Shown in pieces: positions 13,201-25,200 of a stretch of 64,000 nt of DNA. Source of the stretch: Enoplolaimus lenunculus (Eukaryota); the NCBI GenBank assembly GCA_030248215.1, contig JASANG010002574.1, forward strand, positions 62,001 to 126,000, written 5' to 3'. The notes below the pieces were generated by a model, which searched no databases, had not been told where the DNA came from, and saw only the letters and a list, made by a program, of their open reading frames with translations. The stretch's first letter is position 1. Each line of letters opens with the position of its first letter. The translations under genes were made by a program, and so were the position numbers.

Positions 13201-16200
13201 TTCACTTAAATTGAATGGTGAAGCCTGTCAGCTGTCAATTAAAAAAATTAATAAAAATATCGAAAAGGTAAAACAATTCGTTGAAATTTACTTTTAATTT
13301 CAACTTTAGTTGAAAAGTTCCAATATGATATAGTCACACAATATTTTTTAAAATTATCTTACATTATGAGCTGACAGATCGAAATTATAGCGTCGAGTCT
13401 AAAACAGCCTCTATACTAACAACGCTCGAGCTGCCAAATAAAAATTTGCTCGCAGTTTATGTCTTATTGTGTAACTTAAAATAACCTTCGTGGTCATCTC
13501 TAATTTGTATTTTTTATTTAAGCATTTTGAAATTTTAAATTGAATTTTGTTACATTTTAGGTTAATCTCAAACGTCGCACTCATTTTCTATATTGATTTT
13601 TAGTGATATTTTTGACCCATGTAAAGATCAAGGGCGAACCGTTTTTCTGTGAGACTCGAATAGAGTAAGCTTAAGGATTAGACTTATTTTGTGCCTGGCT
13701 CAGGTTTAGGCTTAGGAATATGCTCAGTCGTACGCTTAGGCTTAGGAATATGCTCATTCGTACGCTTTGACTTAGGCTTAGGCTTAGGAATATGCTCATT
13801 CGTACGCTTTGACTTAGGCTTAGGCTTAGGAATATGCTCGTTTTTACGCTTAGGCTTAGGCTTATGCTTAGGCATAAGCTTAGGAATTTGCTTATAGTAC
13901 GCCCCTGTTTTTTGCATTGGCCATATTTGTTATCAACTAAATGTTTAAAATTTTTCGTTTTCTCAAATTATTAATATTTATTTTGTTTAAATTTTGTTAC
14001 AATTTTAATTTTATTTTGTTTTAGGACAATCTTGAGCTTCGTATTCATCTGCGGTATGAATTTTTAATGCTCGGAATGCAAGCAATTATCGATCGGTTTC
14101 GTGACGAAACTGACACTGGACGAATGTCGGCGAACGCCGCCGCTGTGTTTGAAAATCATTTGGATTTATTTGAAATGGTACGTGTTTTTTAAAAATTACT
14201 CAACTTCAGTTCAAACTATTTTTTGTTTTTTTTTTAATTTACTCAACTTCAGTTCCAACTATTTTTTGTTTTTTTTTTTAATTTACTCAACTTCAGTTCA
14301 AACTATTTTTTGTTTTTTAATTTACTCAACTTCAGTTCAAACTATTTTTTGTTTTTTTAATTTACTCAACTTCAGTTCCAACTATTTTTTGTTTTTTTTT
14401 TAATTTACTCAACTACAGTTCAAACCATTTTTGTTTTTTAATTTACTCAACTTCAGTTCAAACCATTTTTGTTTTTTTAATTTACTCAACTTCAGTTCAA
14501 ACTATTTTTTGTAGGCCTATGTATAGAACAGTGTCAGAACAGTAATTATATGCATATTCCTAAGCCTAAGCCTAAGCCTAAGCGTAAATATGAGCATATT
14601 CCTACGTCTAAGCCTAAGCCTAAGCAACAAAGTTAATTTAAAGCTTAAACAAAATCTATTACAGCGCCGCAGGAAAACGATCCGACCCTGTTCTTTACTT
14701 TGGGTCGAAAAATATTACAATTGTCGAAAAGTATAGCGTCACATATTTAAAATATCCACAATCTGCTAGAAAACTAAATTTTTAATATACAGATGAGGCA
14801 AGAAGATGAAGAACAATTAGCGAATCGCTTTGAAGATCCTGACAGACGCAATTCGGCGACGGACAGGTCACCTGTAGTTGACCCTCATGAACCTGGCGGT
14901 GGCTTTGATGTGTTAATGCGAAAAACCGAATACACAGACGCGATGCCACATTTATGTTCTGTGATCAATCATATGCTTTTATTTCCAGGTAAAAATTTGC
15001 AGTAAAATATATTTTGTATTTTAATTTTAAATATTAGCAATCAGCAAAATCTCTGAACATTAAATATTTAAGGATAGCAATTGAACAATTTTGCCTTATC
15101 TTTTTCACGCATAAATAGTTTCTATTTCATCTGTGTCTTTATTTTATGCTAAGATTCGAACCCTGAGAGTAATTAGCCATCACCATTCAGCTACAGTAGC
15201 TTGATGTTGTAACCCGAGGGAGCTGTCACGTCTGTGGGTAAGTATGCGCGTTGCATTTGTTAAACACCGTTCACTATATATTGTTTCAAGGTATACGCGT
15301 TGCACGGTGCAACCGGAATTACAATTTACCGCAACCGAAAGATGAAACAATGCTGGAACCAGAATCGCAGCTGCATCCGGACACGATACACTGAGTTGCT
15401 CATATAGTCGATTCGCTGTTAGAACGGTGTTTATAAAGAAATCTGGTTTTATTTTAACTTTATTCTGTTTCAGCGGACAAATGTGGCATTTCGTATTGGA
15501 GACTTCTGGATCGGATTTGCCAACAAATTTCAATACAACTGCCTACCGGCCAAGATCCAGATGTTCGAGCGCTCGAGATGGATTTTCATACCACAATGAA
15601 ACAGTACGTTTTTTAACCATTTAATATAACGGCGCCTATCACTGTGTAAATTTCAATGAGTTGATTTTAACTCAGAATGAGTTGAATCACTCAATCTGTG
15701 AGTTAGCACTATCAGACAGAACTCAGGAATTTGAGTTGATTCACAATTCGTTCTGAGATAACTCACCCAGAGTCAACTTAACTCAGAGGAAGAATCAACT
15801 CAACTGAGAGTGAGTTAAGGTTTATTAATATTAATTCAAAAATAACCAACTCGCTCGCTGAATTGGTTAATCAATTCATTGGAATTTACAGTGTACAAGC
15901 CTATTTTACACGATTTTTTGTAGCAGCTATTGGTTCCGTTTAAGCGTCTATAAAGGATGAAGATACCGTTTGAAACCTCAACGTTAACTCAACGACAGTT
16001 GTTTATCGTCGATAGATGTAAATAAATAGGCGGCCACATTTGTGACCCATATCTGAATATGAAAAAATATCCGATACCCATCACTAGTTATCAAGAGAAA
16101 TCGTTGACGTACTGTAATATTCACAATCCGACCACAATTCAACTATGCGTTCAAAATAGGTAAAATACAAGATTGTGTGCGTAGCGTTTGAAACGAAACA

Positions 16201-19200
16201 ATTTTCTCGAAATGCTAATCCAGGGTACAAAATGACGGGTCAAAATGTTATATTTTCGGAAGAAATTTTAAAAGTTTAATTTGAATTTGATTTTTTTAAT
16301 TATTGAAATTGTTTTCAAATTCAACTTCTCTACGAGTTTGATGATGTTTTATTTTTTAGGCTTGATCTTGAAGCTGAACTCGATCGAGCTCATGAAGAAA
16401 TCGATATGCTACAAGAAAAGCTAACTGAGTCACATCGCAATCTGGCCGCAGTTCAGCAACAACTTCAACTGTCAAATTCAACTCAACGGGCGAACACTAA
16501 ACGAAGCTTAAGCCCTTCGTCACTCGGATATGGATCCGGTTCGACCGGATCTGGCGGTGGAACTAATAATTTTGAACAAGATGTACAATCAGTCAGCAGG
16601 TGAGCAAAATTTTTAATTTTTCAATAATTAATATAAATTTATGCGACTTTCACAATAAAATACGACCATCGTGAAAGTTTTCACGAGGTAAAGTGTGATG
16701 AACACTAAAGTTGTTTTGGCTTCAGACGCTTTGATGCTGTACTTTTTTGTTTTTAGGGTCATTTTGGAATATTAATTATTTCAGTATTTTTAATTCGAAA
16801 TGCAAAAAACAGTTCCTAATTAAGTGTAGTTGAAAACGTATTTTATTCCAGCTGACTGATGGAGATTAACTTGCTTAAATTTAAGACTATATACTTCACA
16901 GTAAATTCCAGTGAGTTGACATTAACTCAGAATGAGTTGAGTCCACTCGGAAGCCTGAGCTCTGAATTAGTGCTTTCAGAATTCTGAATTGATTGAACTC
17001 ATTGTGAATTAATTAATCAGCCATAACAAAATCAGCTCAGACCAGCTGATGTTTCCTGTCTCAGAAATAACCAGAAATGAATAATTTGTTTTCGGAGTGG
17101 ATTAATCAACTCATCGGAATTTATAGTTTTGTTTTTTATTATGAATTTTTAAAAACTTTTCGGTATCGGATCATTTTGTTATCATTTTTCATATTTTTTA
17201 ATTTCACATTTTGTGAATTTTGTGAGTTATCCCAAGTATAATTTACAGATTTTGTGTTGGTTACTATTTCATTGTTTTGAACAACATTTGTTCCAATTTA
17301 CTTAAAATAATTTATCGACTGCAAAAACTATTCAAAGTTCAAACGTTGAATTTTCTAACTTTTGGTAATTTTTAAAATGTTCACTAAAATGAAATTTAAG
17401 CAATTTTGTTCTTAAATTAACGATTTTTGGTTGAAATTAGTTTCGGTTCTCAAAATAACTTTTTCGAGTGTTAAAACTGTTCAAAGTACAAACGTTGAAT
17501 TTTCTAACTTGTGGTAATTATTAAAATATTTTATAAAAAGAAATTTAAGCAATTTTGTTCTAATTTTAAATTAACGATTTTGTCTTCAAACTGGTTTCAG
17601 TGGTGTTGAAAGTGTTGGATCTGATGAGCAGAACAATTATGAATCAGTCTGTTCCCCGTTGACAGAAGGCGGCAGGCGGTTGGCACTCGGCAGCGGCAGT
17701 GAAGATTTTCAAACCGTTGATTCGATTTTAAAGTCAAAGTTTATTAACCGAATTCGTATGTTTTTACTTAATTTTTTGGGCCGATGTAAAGATCAGGGGC
17801 GGAACGTTTTTTCTGCAAGACTAAAATAAAGTAAACTCAAACTTTTGACTAATTTTCTGCTTATGCTTAGGCTTTAGGTGCAAGCTCATTTTTAAGCTTA
17901 GGCTTAGGAAAAGGCTTATACTACTCACTGTAAATGCCAGCGAGTTGATTTTAACTCAGAATGACTTGAATCACTCAGTCTGAGTTAGGACTATCAGAAC
18001 TCACTATTGTGAGTCTATTCAACTCATTTCTAATTTAATTCATCAACTCGCCCTGAGTCAACTAAACTCATAGTGAGAATCAACTCAACTCAGAGCGAGT
18101 TAAAGTTTACTGTTATTAACTCAGAAATAACTAACTTTCCGTCTGCGTTGCTTAATTAACTCGCTGGAATTTACAGTGCTGTTACGGCCCTGTTCTATAT
18201 TTCGGCCAAATTTTAAAACAGTCGAAATTTGAAAACTTACCAATACTTTGTGATCGACTTATCATACATCCGGTTTTGAGATGCATATGATAATATTAAC
18301 TGATGGTGGTATGGTATGTTCTACATTGATGACAAATTATTTAATAGATTTTTCTATAATTCGAGCATCTAAGTCGAATTGTGCCATTTATTTCAAACAA
18401 TGTTTAAAGTACTTTTTCACGTCTCACCACAATTTTGACGGGATAAACATCCCTGAAACTGTTCTTGCATACAAGTTTGTAAAATCAAAATTGACGTCAA
18501 TGTCGAATTTCGAATAATTCAAAATAGTGTCACTTAAATTCAATTTTTATTTTAGCGTCAATTCCGCCAGCACCTCCGCTGCCGCCCCCATTGCCAAACG
18601 GTCGACTCGGGCCTCAATCACAGTCGTCTTTGATGAAACACCGAAAGATTCCAAAACCGGCTAAACCTTTGAAAACATTCAACTGGTCCCGAATTCCTGA
18701 GGTAAAGTTAAACTTTTTAATATGTCCACTAAATACCATTTATTTTTTTAATTAAGTACGCTTTGGCAATACCTCTGAAAGGCATTTTAGTTTATTTCAC
18801 AAGCGAAATCTTATGTTGTGCCTAATATATACATACATACACTGCAAAAAATGCTGAGTCAAATTGACTCTCCAAAATAGACTCTACGGGACTACACAAA
18901 TTGAGTTAAACTCGACTCAGCCAGTGTCAAATTCAACTCACTGAGTGGCACGTCTGACTCTTTCGAGGTCAAATTTTTACTCAATTTGTGAAGTACCGTA
19001 TAGCCTATTTCGGATAGAGTCAATTTGATTCACCATTTTTTGCAGTGTGCCTCTGAAAGGCATTTCAGTATATTTCACAAGCGAAATCTTATATTTTGCC
19101 TAATATATACAAATAACAACCTTAAATATGGCAAAATACTGTCTGTCACCAAAGAATCAGTAATAATTGTTCTTTATATTTTAAAATTTTTAGAAAAATT

Positions 19201-22200
19201 CTTAAAATAATTTAAGAAATAATATTAATTCATTATGTTTTCAGGATAAACTAGAAGGAACAATATGGGTCGAGTTGGACGAAGAAAAAGTCTACGGACA
19301 ATTGGATTTAGACGAATTTTGTAACAAATTTTCAACGCAGGTAAGACACTGCGTTGAATTGTTTAATTGGCAAAATATTTTTAGCAAATTTTCAAAATTG
19401 TCAAACCTGACCGATATATTAAACCTAACTAAAAACGAGTATTACATTACTAAAGATACTGTTTTGCTGGAAGAAAGTTAAACTCATAATTTGCAGGCTG
19501 GGTCAGAATTCATCAAAGGCGCGGTCTAAGTCCGCCTGATTTCTCTACGGCAATCGTCTTACGAATTTTTCTGTGAAACGTTTAGCCTGAAAATGGCACT
19601 AAAACAAATTTAGCCATTATGGCTAAATTTTTGCATAGCGTCAGCTTTGCGTTTAAAAATTAATAGGTATTAATTCGTGCTGGTTTGAATAAACTACGTC
19701 TAATTTGCGACATCTATAGCCATTGTAGCAAAAACTTTGCATGGCTGTGTAGCTCAGTGATTAGAGCAGCGGACGGGTAATCCGTACGTCGTGGGTTCGA
19801 GCCTCACTGCATCGTCAGTAAAATTTTCCTGAAGGTCTCTATATGGTACTGCTTAATTTGGAATCTATCTTTAACTAGCGAACTTTGTAATAAAATTCAG
19901 TAATACGTGACAGGGTTGGAACTGGCCCGGCTTTTAAGTCTCAGACCCGCACCTTCGGCATGGGCCAAAACCCTCGGCTCGGGCTTACACGGAACTCTTT
20001 TTCGAGATTTTTATGGAACCTAACATTCCTACCCAAAATCCTTGCTACGGCATGATCGCAGTAAGTTTGAAGCTTGATAGCAATTAAGTTTCAAAAACAT
20101 GCATCTAAATCTTGTATCAAACCAATGGTCTGTTTCATCGTCTCATGAAACTAAAACAAGCCATGCGCTGCGCCGATTTATTTCGGCTCGCGGACTTAAA
20201 CTTTGGCCGTGAACCCGGACGCGGCCAGCGTAGGCCCGCGAGCCCAACATTTGAGGCCGGGACGCTTTCAATCCTGGTACATGAACCACAAGTTGATATT
20301 ATGTTTTTGATTTTTAATATTTCAGCACGAAGAAGACGCATCCGCAAACGGATCCGCAGACTGTCCAGATCCGTACGATACCCTACGGATGCTGTCAGCG
20401 TCAACGAAACGTCTGAGTGTGATCGATCCTCGACGAGCTCAAAATTTAAATATTCTTCTATCGAAACATAAACTCCGCAATTCGGACGTTATGCATGCAG
20501 TGTTAACGTTGGACGCAAAGGCAATCCTGTCCAAGGATCTACTGGAACAATTGCTCAAATTTTTGCCAACTGTCGAAGAATTAGCGTTGTTACGAGATTA
20601 TCGTAGTCAGTGTCATTTAATGGCACGAGCGGACAGATTTATGATCGATATTAGCAGGTAAAGCAACGCCTTGTGGACCAGTCGGATATATCGAATGCCG
20701 GAAGGACGCTCAAAAAATCAAGAAACGTTAATGGTTTCCAGTGTATTAGTATCCTCGCGGTCGGTAGGGAGACGAGTTACAGGGCAATTAATTAATTTTA
20801 GTATTCGAAGACTAAGGGTGGTGCTATACTTTTGAGGCCGTTCTGCGCAGTCGGTCACCGTACGTCACCGTGTGGTATCGCACGTTAATTAGTCAGATGC
20901 GATGCCGTATTTTGACGGACGGCGACAGACGGCGCAGACCAGTGGCGGACAGCGCCGCACAACGCGTATAGGGCCATCCTAATTTTTAGGGCTAAAATTA
21001 TTTGGTTTGATATTTTTCTTGAGGACCATTTTAGGTATGATCGTTCCCAGTTGGGAGGGTATTGAGAGTCCTAGGCAAGGTATGAACTTTGGCTTAGGAA
21101 TAAACAGAACCAGTAATAGGTACTGGATAATTAGGTTGTTGTAAACTTGCAAAAATGGCTGGTTTTAACCTGACCCGGAAAATTGAGGAATTTTAGGTTT
21201 CCAGCCCGGGAGGCCTGAATTTCGATCCTAAGAAATATTTGTTACGATGAATTGGGTACAAAAGTTGATTTTATAATTTGAAACATTGCCGTGATTCAAG
21301 TGAACGTCGCTCTGCTGTTGATTTGAAATTATGAATGCGAATAAATCTGACATGTTCCACGGGTGTCAGGCTGTCAGACACGGCGTGGCAAACCTCACGT
21401 GTCTTAAATTCAGTTTTAAAAGTGTATTAGTTTGTTGGCTCCGTCCATTATTCGCATTCAACAAGCCCAAAATCTTTTTAGGATTCCAGTTTACGATACG
21501 GCTAAGATTGGGGGCCCTAGCCAGCTCACCTTGCTAGGGGGGCTAAAAACATTTCAGGAGAGGCATACAATGCTTTTCATTGATTTACATGCAAGGTTCA
21601 AAATTTTAATTCGGTCAAAACTTTCCCCAGGGTAGGCTGAGCCGCCCTGCCCGCCACCTTTGGCTACGGGCCTGCTAAGCTTGCGTAAATTGCTTGAAAA
21701 CGGTTTTAGCATCCCAAGGTACGAAGAACGTTTTCAAAGCATTTACTATCAAGCAGTGTTTGCTGAAAAAACTGCTGAGCTGAAATCAAAAATAGAAAGT
21801 AAGTTAAATATTTACAAAAAAATTTAATTTTTTCAATATAACATTTCAATTTTAATGATTTTAAAATAGTCGACGATTTTAACGCATATTAGGATATTCG
21901 TTTTGAATAAAGTTAATTCTCGCGAAAGCGTGATTAGATTGCGTCGCTGAACGGATTAAGTGCCGCTGATTCGAGTCCTATTATTATCAGTTGTAAAATA
22001 TTGATTTAACACATGCTGACTTGGTTTCTGAAACCCTAAAGTACGAAGAAATAGTATCTTTGCAATACTCGGACGCTAAATTTTTTATTTTGAAACCCTT
22101 AATTTAGAACCAGAAAGTTTGCTAATTTTTTCGCTTTGAAACCCTTAATTTAGAACAATGAAAGTTTGCTAAATTTTGCGTTGTATATTTTTAGTCATTT

Positions 22201-25200
22201 TTAAAAATTAATATCATAAATTGCAATTTACAACAATTTGCAAAAAATATTAGTTTAATGAACTGTTTTTTGTATGATTTTGGTAATTTTCTGCAAATTT
22301 TTTTCAATACTTTCAGCGGTAACCAGAGCGTCTCGTGCAATGCTCAACTCAAAACGGCTACGAAAACTGCTCGAATTAGTGCTTGCGATTGGCAATTTTA
22401 TGAATTACGGAAAACGTTGGAAGGAAGCGTCAGGATTTCAGGTATTTTTACATATTTTTGTTTCAAATTTTATAAATGAACGAATCTAATTTCATACTGA
22501 AAGTGGATTATTTGTGACAGATTTTTAATAAATAGAAATTGAATAAAACTCAGACGTGTGGTATGTACAAAAATTATTAACGCTGGTGAATAATTGTCAT
22601 TTTTCGCCGCACTACGCCAAGTTTAGGCAGAGACAAAGAGTAATGCCCTGTTTGCACGTGCAAGTTTTTGCTGCGAGAACAGTCACTTGTGAATAGTGCT
22701 TAACGTATGTATTTTGCACAATTTTGAACGTTTGCCTTTGGAATATATAATTTATGACGAGTTTACTATAAGTGGCCTATTTACATCTATACAATTAAAG
22801 CTGCAATGCCCCGCATACGTATTTTGGGCAACTTTCGAGCATTACTTTTTTATAATATTTTGTTATAGTGGACACTTGATTGTTATGTGAAGGACAAATT
22901 GCATGAGGATTGTTGTACATTCGCTAACTTTTGCGCATTGCGAAAAGCAGGCTGAGACTAGTGATTATTGACAATCTGTTATATGCGACATTCTTGACCA
23001 TTTGTAGAATTGTTTGAAATTTTTAGAAAAATTAAAAATTATATAACTGTTCGCTGAAATGTTTAATTTCAATATTGACAAATGATTTTATCTTTTTTTA
23101 TTTTTCAGTTGAACGCACTTAGCATTTTGGGCGAAACAAGAAGCACAACGCGAAAAGACTACACATTGTTGCATTATTTGGTTGAAATTGCAGAAAGCAA
23201 TTTTCCTGAGTTGCTTCGTATGAAACGAGAACTAAACGTTGTTACTGATGCATCAAAAATAAGGTGACTGTTTCTGTCCTTAGTGTAGGCACTGCCAAAC
23301 TCAAAAGTATACCGATCCAAACCTTGATATACCCAATATGGCTAATGTAAAGAACAGGAGCGCAACAGTATTATAAGCTTATTCCTATGCCTAAGCCTAA
23401 GCCTAATTGTAAGGATGAATTTATTACTAAGTGTAAGCATAAGCATAAACCTAAGCCGAGCAAAAAAAATTAGTGTTAAGCGTAAGCTTATTCTATTCTA
23501 GTTCCACAGAAAAACATTCCGCCCCTGATGTTTACATGGGCTTCCAACATTGTTCATAATCAAAATTTAACTTAAAACATTTAGCACTAAATTTGCGTTT
23601 GGCTTTTCACTGTTATATACATCGTCGCGCCTGCTATTTCCGTTGTAATAGAAATTTCTGGATCCGCCACTGCTTGCAGATTTCAAATGGTGTCAGCTTG
23701 CAGGTGCAAATGCTATTTAAAAGTTTTGGTTACAGTAAAAAAATTAAGAAAATTAATGTGGAAAAAATTCTGATATTATTGGTACAGACAAAAAATCACG
23801 AAATATATCTAAAAATCACTTAAAATATTGCTTTTCAAGTTTTTATTCTAAAATTATTTGACCCTATCAGAGGGGGGATGTGGGTTGGCAATTTTTACCC
23901 CACCCGCGCTTTACCCACTCATTTGACAATTTCCTCTCGTGGGTATATCCGCGTATAAAGAGATCTACTCGTGACCATCCTTTTACCTGCGCCTGAAATT
24001 AAACCAGTATTTTAAAGATCGCACGTGATTTGCACATTAATAAAATTTTGCGTTTATAGGTCCAATATATCAGACACGTTGCAGTTTTACTAGAAACAAC
24101 AAAATTTCAAACCCAACTAAATAAAGCACCCGACAGCAACTGACCAGAAGTAAAACAGCGTATGTTTTGCACCTTAAAACTGAAACGTTTGGCCCTAATT
24201 AAAACTGTGATTTTTTACCCACGTAGCTACAAATCTTTACCTACACGTATACCCGGGACTGAACATTTTTACGCATCACGCATGTACCCTCGGGTACCCG
24301 CGGGTTCCAACGGATACAAGTCCAACTGTGGTCCCTATTACATACAAAGTGAATATGGTAATGTAAGTCCACACCGCTAACAAGACAAATATTGTCAATT
24401 GAAGTTTAGCGGTCAAATTTGAAATTTTTTATTAAAACTTTTTTTGGTTATACTTTAAGCTGGTCGGATCTCGAAACCGATATGCAATTAATAACACAAG
24501 GAATCAGTATAATTCGTTCCGAATTGAAACATGTACACAACTGTGAAGCGACCGTAGTTGAACACAACGGCGGTATAAATCAAATCAGTGAAAATGATGA
24601 TCGTTCAGCGATCAAAGACCGACTGACAACGTTTGTTTCAACCGCAACTCCTGAAGTCAACGCGCTTGAAGTCAAATTTAAAGAAATGAAAACGAGCGTG
24701 AGTCAATTGTTTGAGTTGTGATTTTTATCAAATTTTTAAATTTAAAAACAAATTTTTAAATTTAAAAACAATTTTTTTTAATTTAAAAACAAATTTTTTA
24801 ATTTAAAAACAAATTTTTTTAATTTAAAAAAAATTTTTAAATTTAAAAACAATTTTTTAAATTTAAAAGCAAACTTTTTACCTTTTTTATTTAAAAATAT
24901 TAAATGTTTTATAAATTTCTAACATAAAGTCGCATTCTCAAATGCGTATAACAGAATGACAACAAAGGTTCGGATTCGAATTCGGATACGGCAAAAATTT
25001 GCGATTCTTGTTCGGCAAAAATTTGCGATCCGGATTCGGAATCGGATTCGGTTGTAATAAAGGCGAATCAAAAAACCGAATCCAACAATATTCGGCAGTA
25101 TGTTTTTTCATTTTTAAGCTATAAACATTTTGAATAACTTGTTATGTAAATCAATATTTTTGTTTCAAATCACAAATGTCACAACTGAGTTCGGGCACGA

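Noticed and set aside
13684..13917. PKPKPK / LGLGLG ORFs (also at 10560, 31596 and 38437)
   Set aside because: These are translations of (TTAGGC)n arrays in family A MITEs.
19743..19816. Functional tRNA-Thr(GGT)
   Set aside because: The acceptor stem is mismatched, the A box is altered, and this anticodon is generally not used in eukaryotes. Kept only as a pseudo-tRNA.
20112..20471. 119-aa Arg-rich ORF and its antisense partner
   Set aside because: These are off-frame readings over intron plus formin exon 20326-20657.
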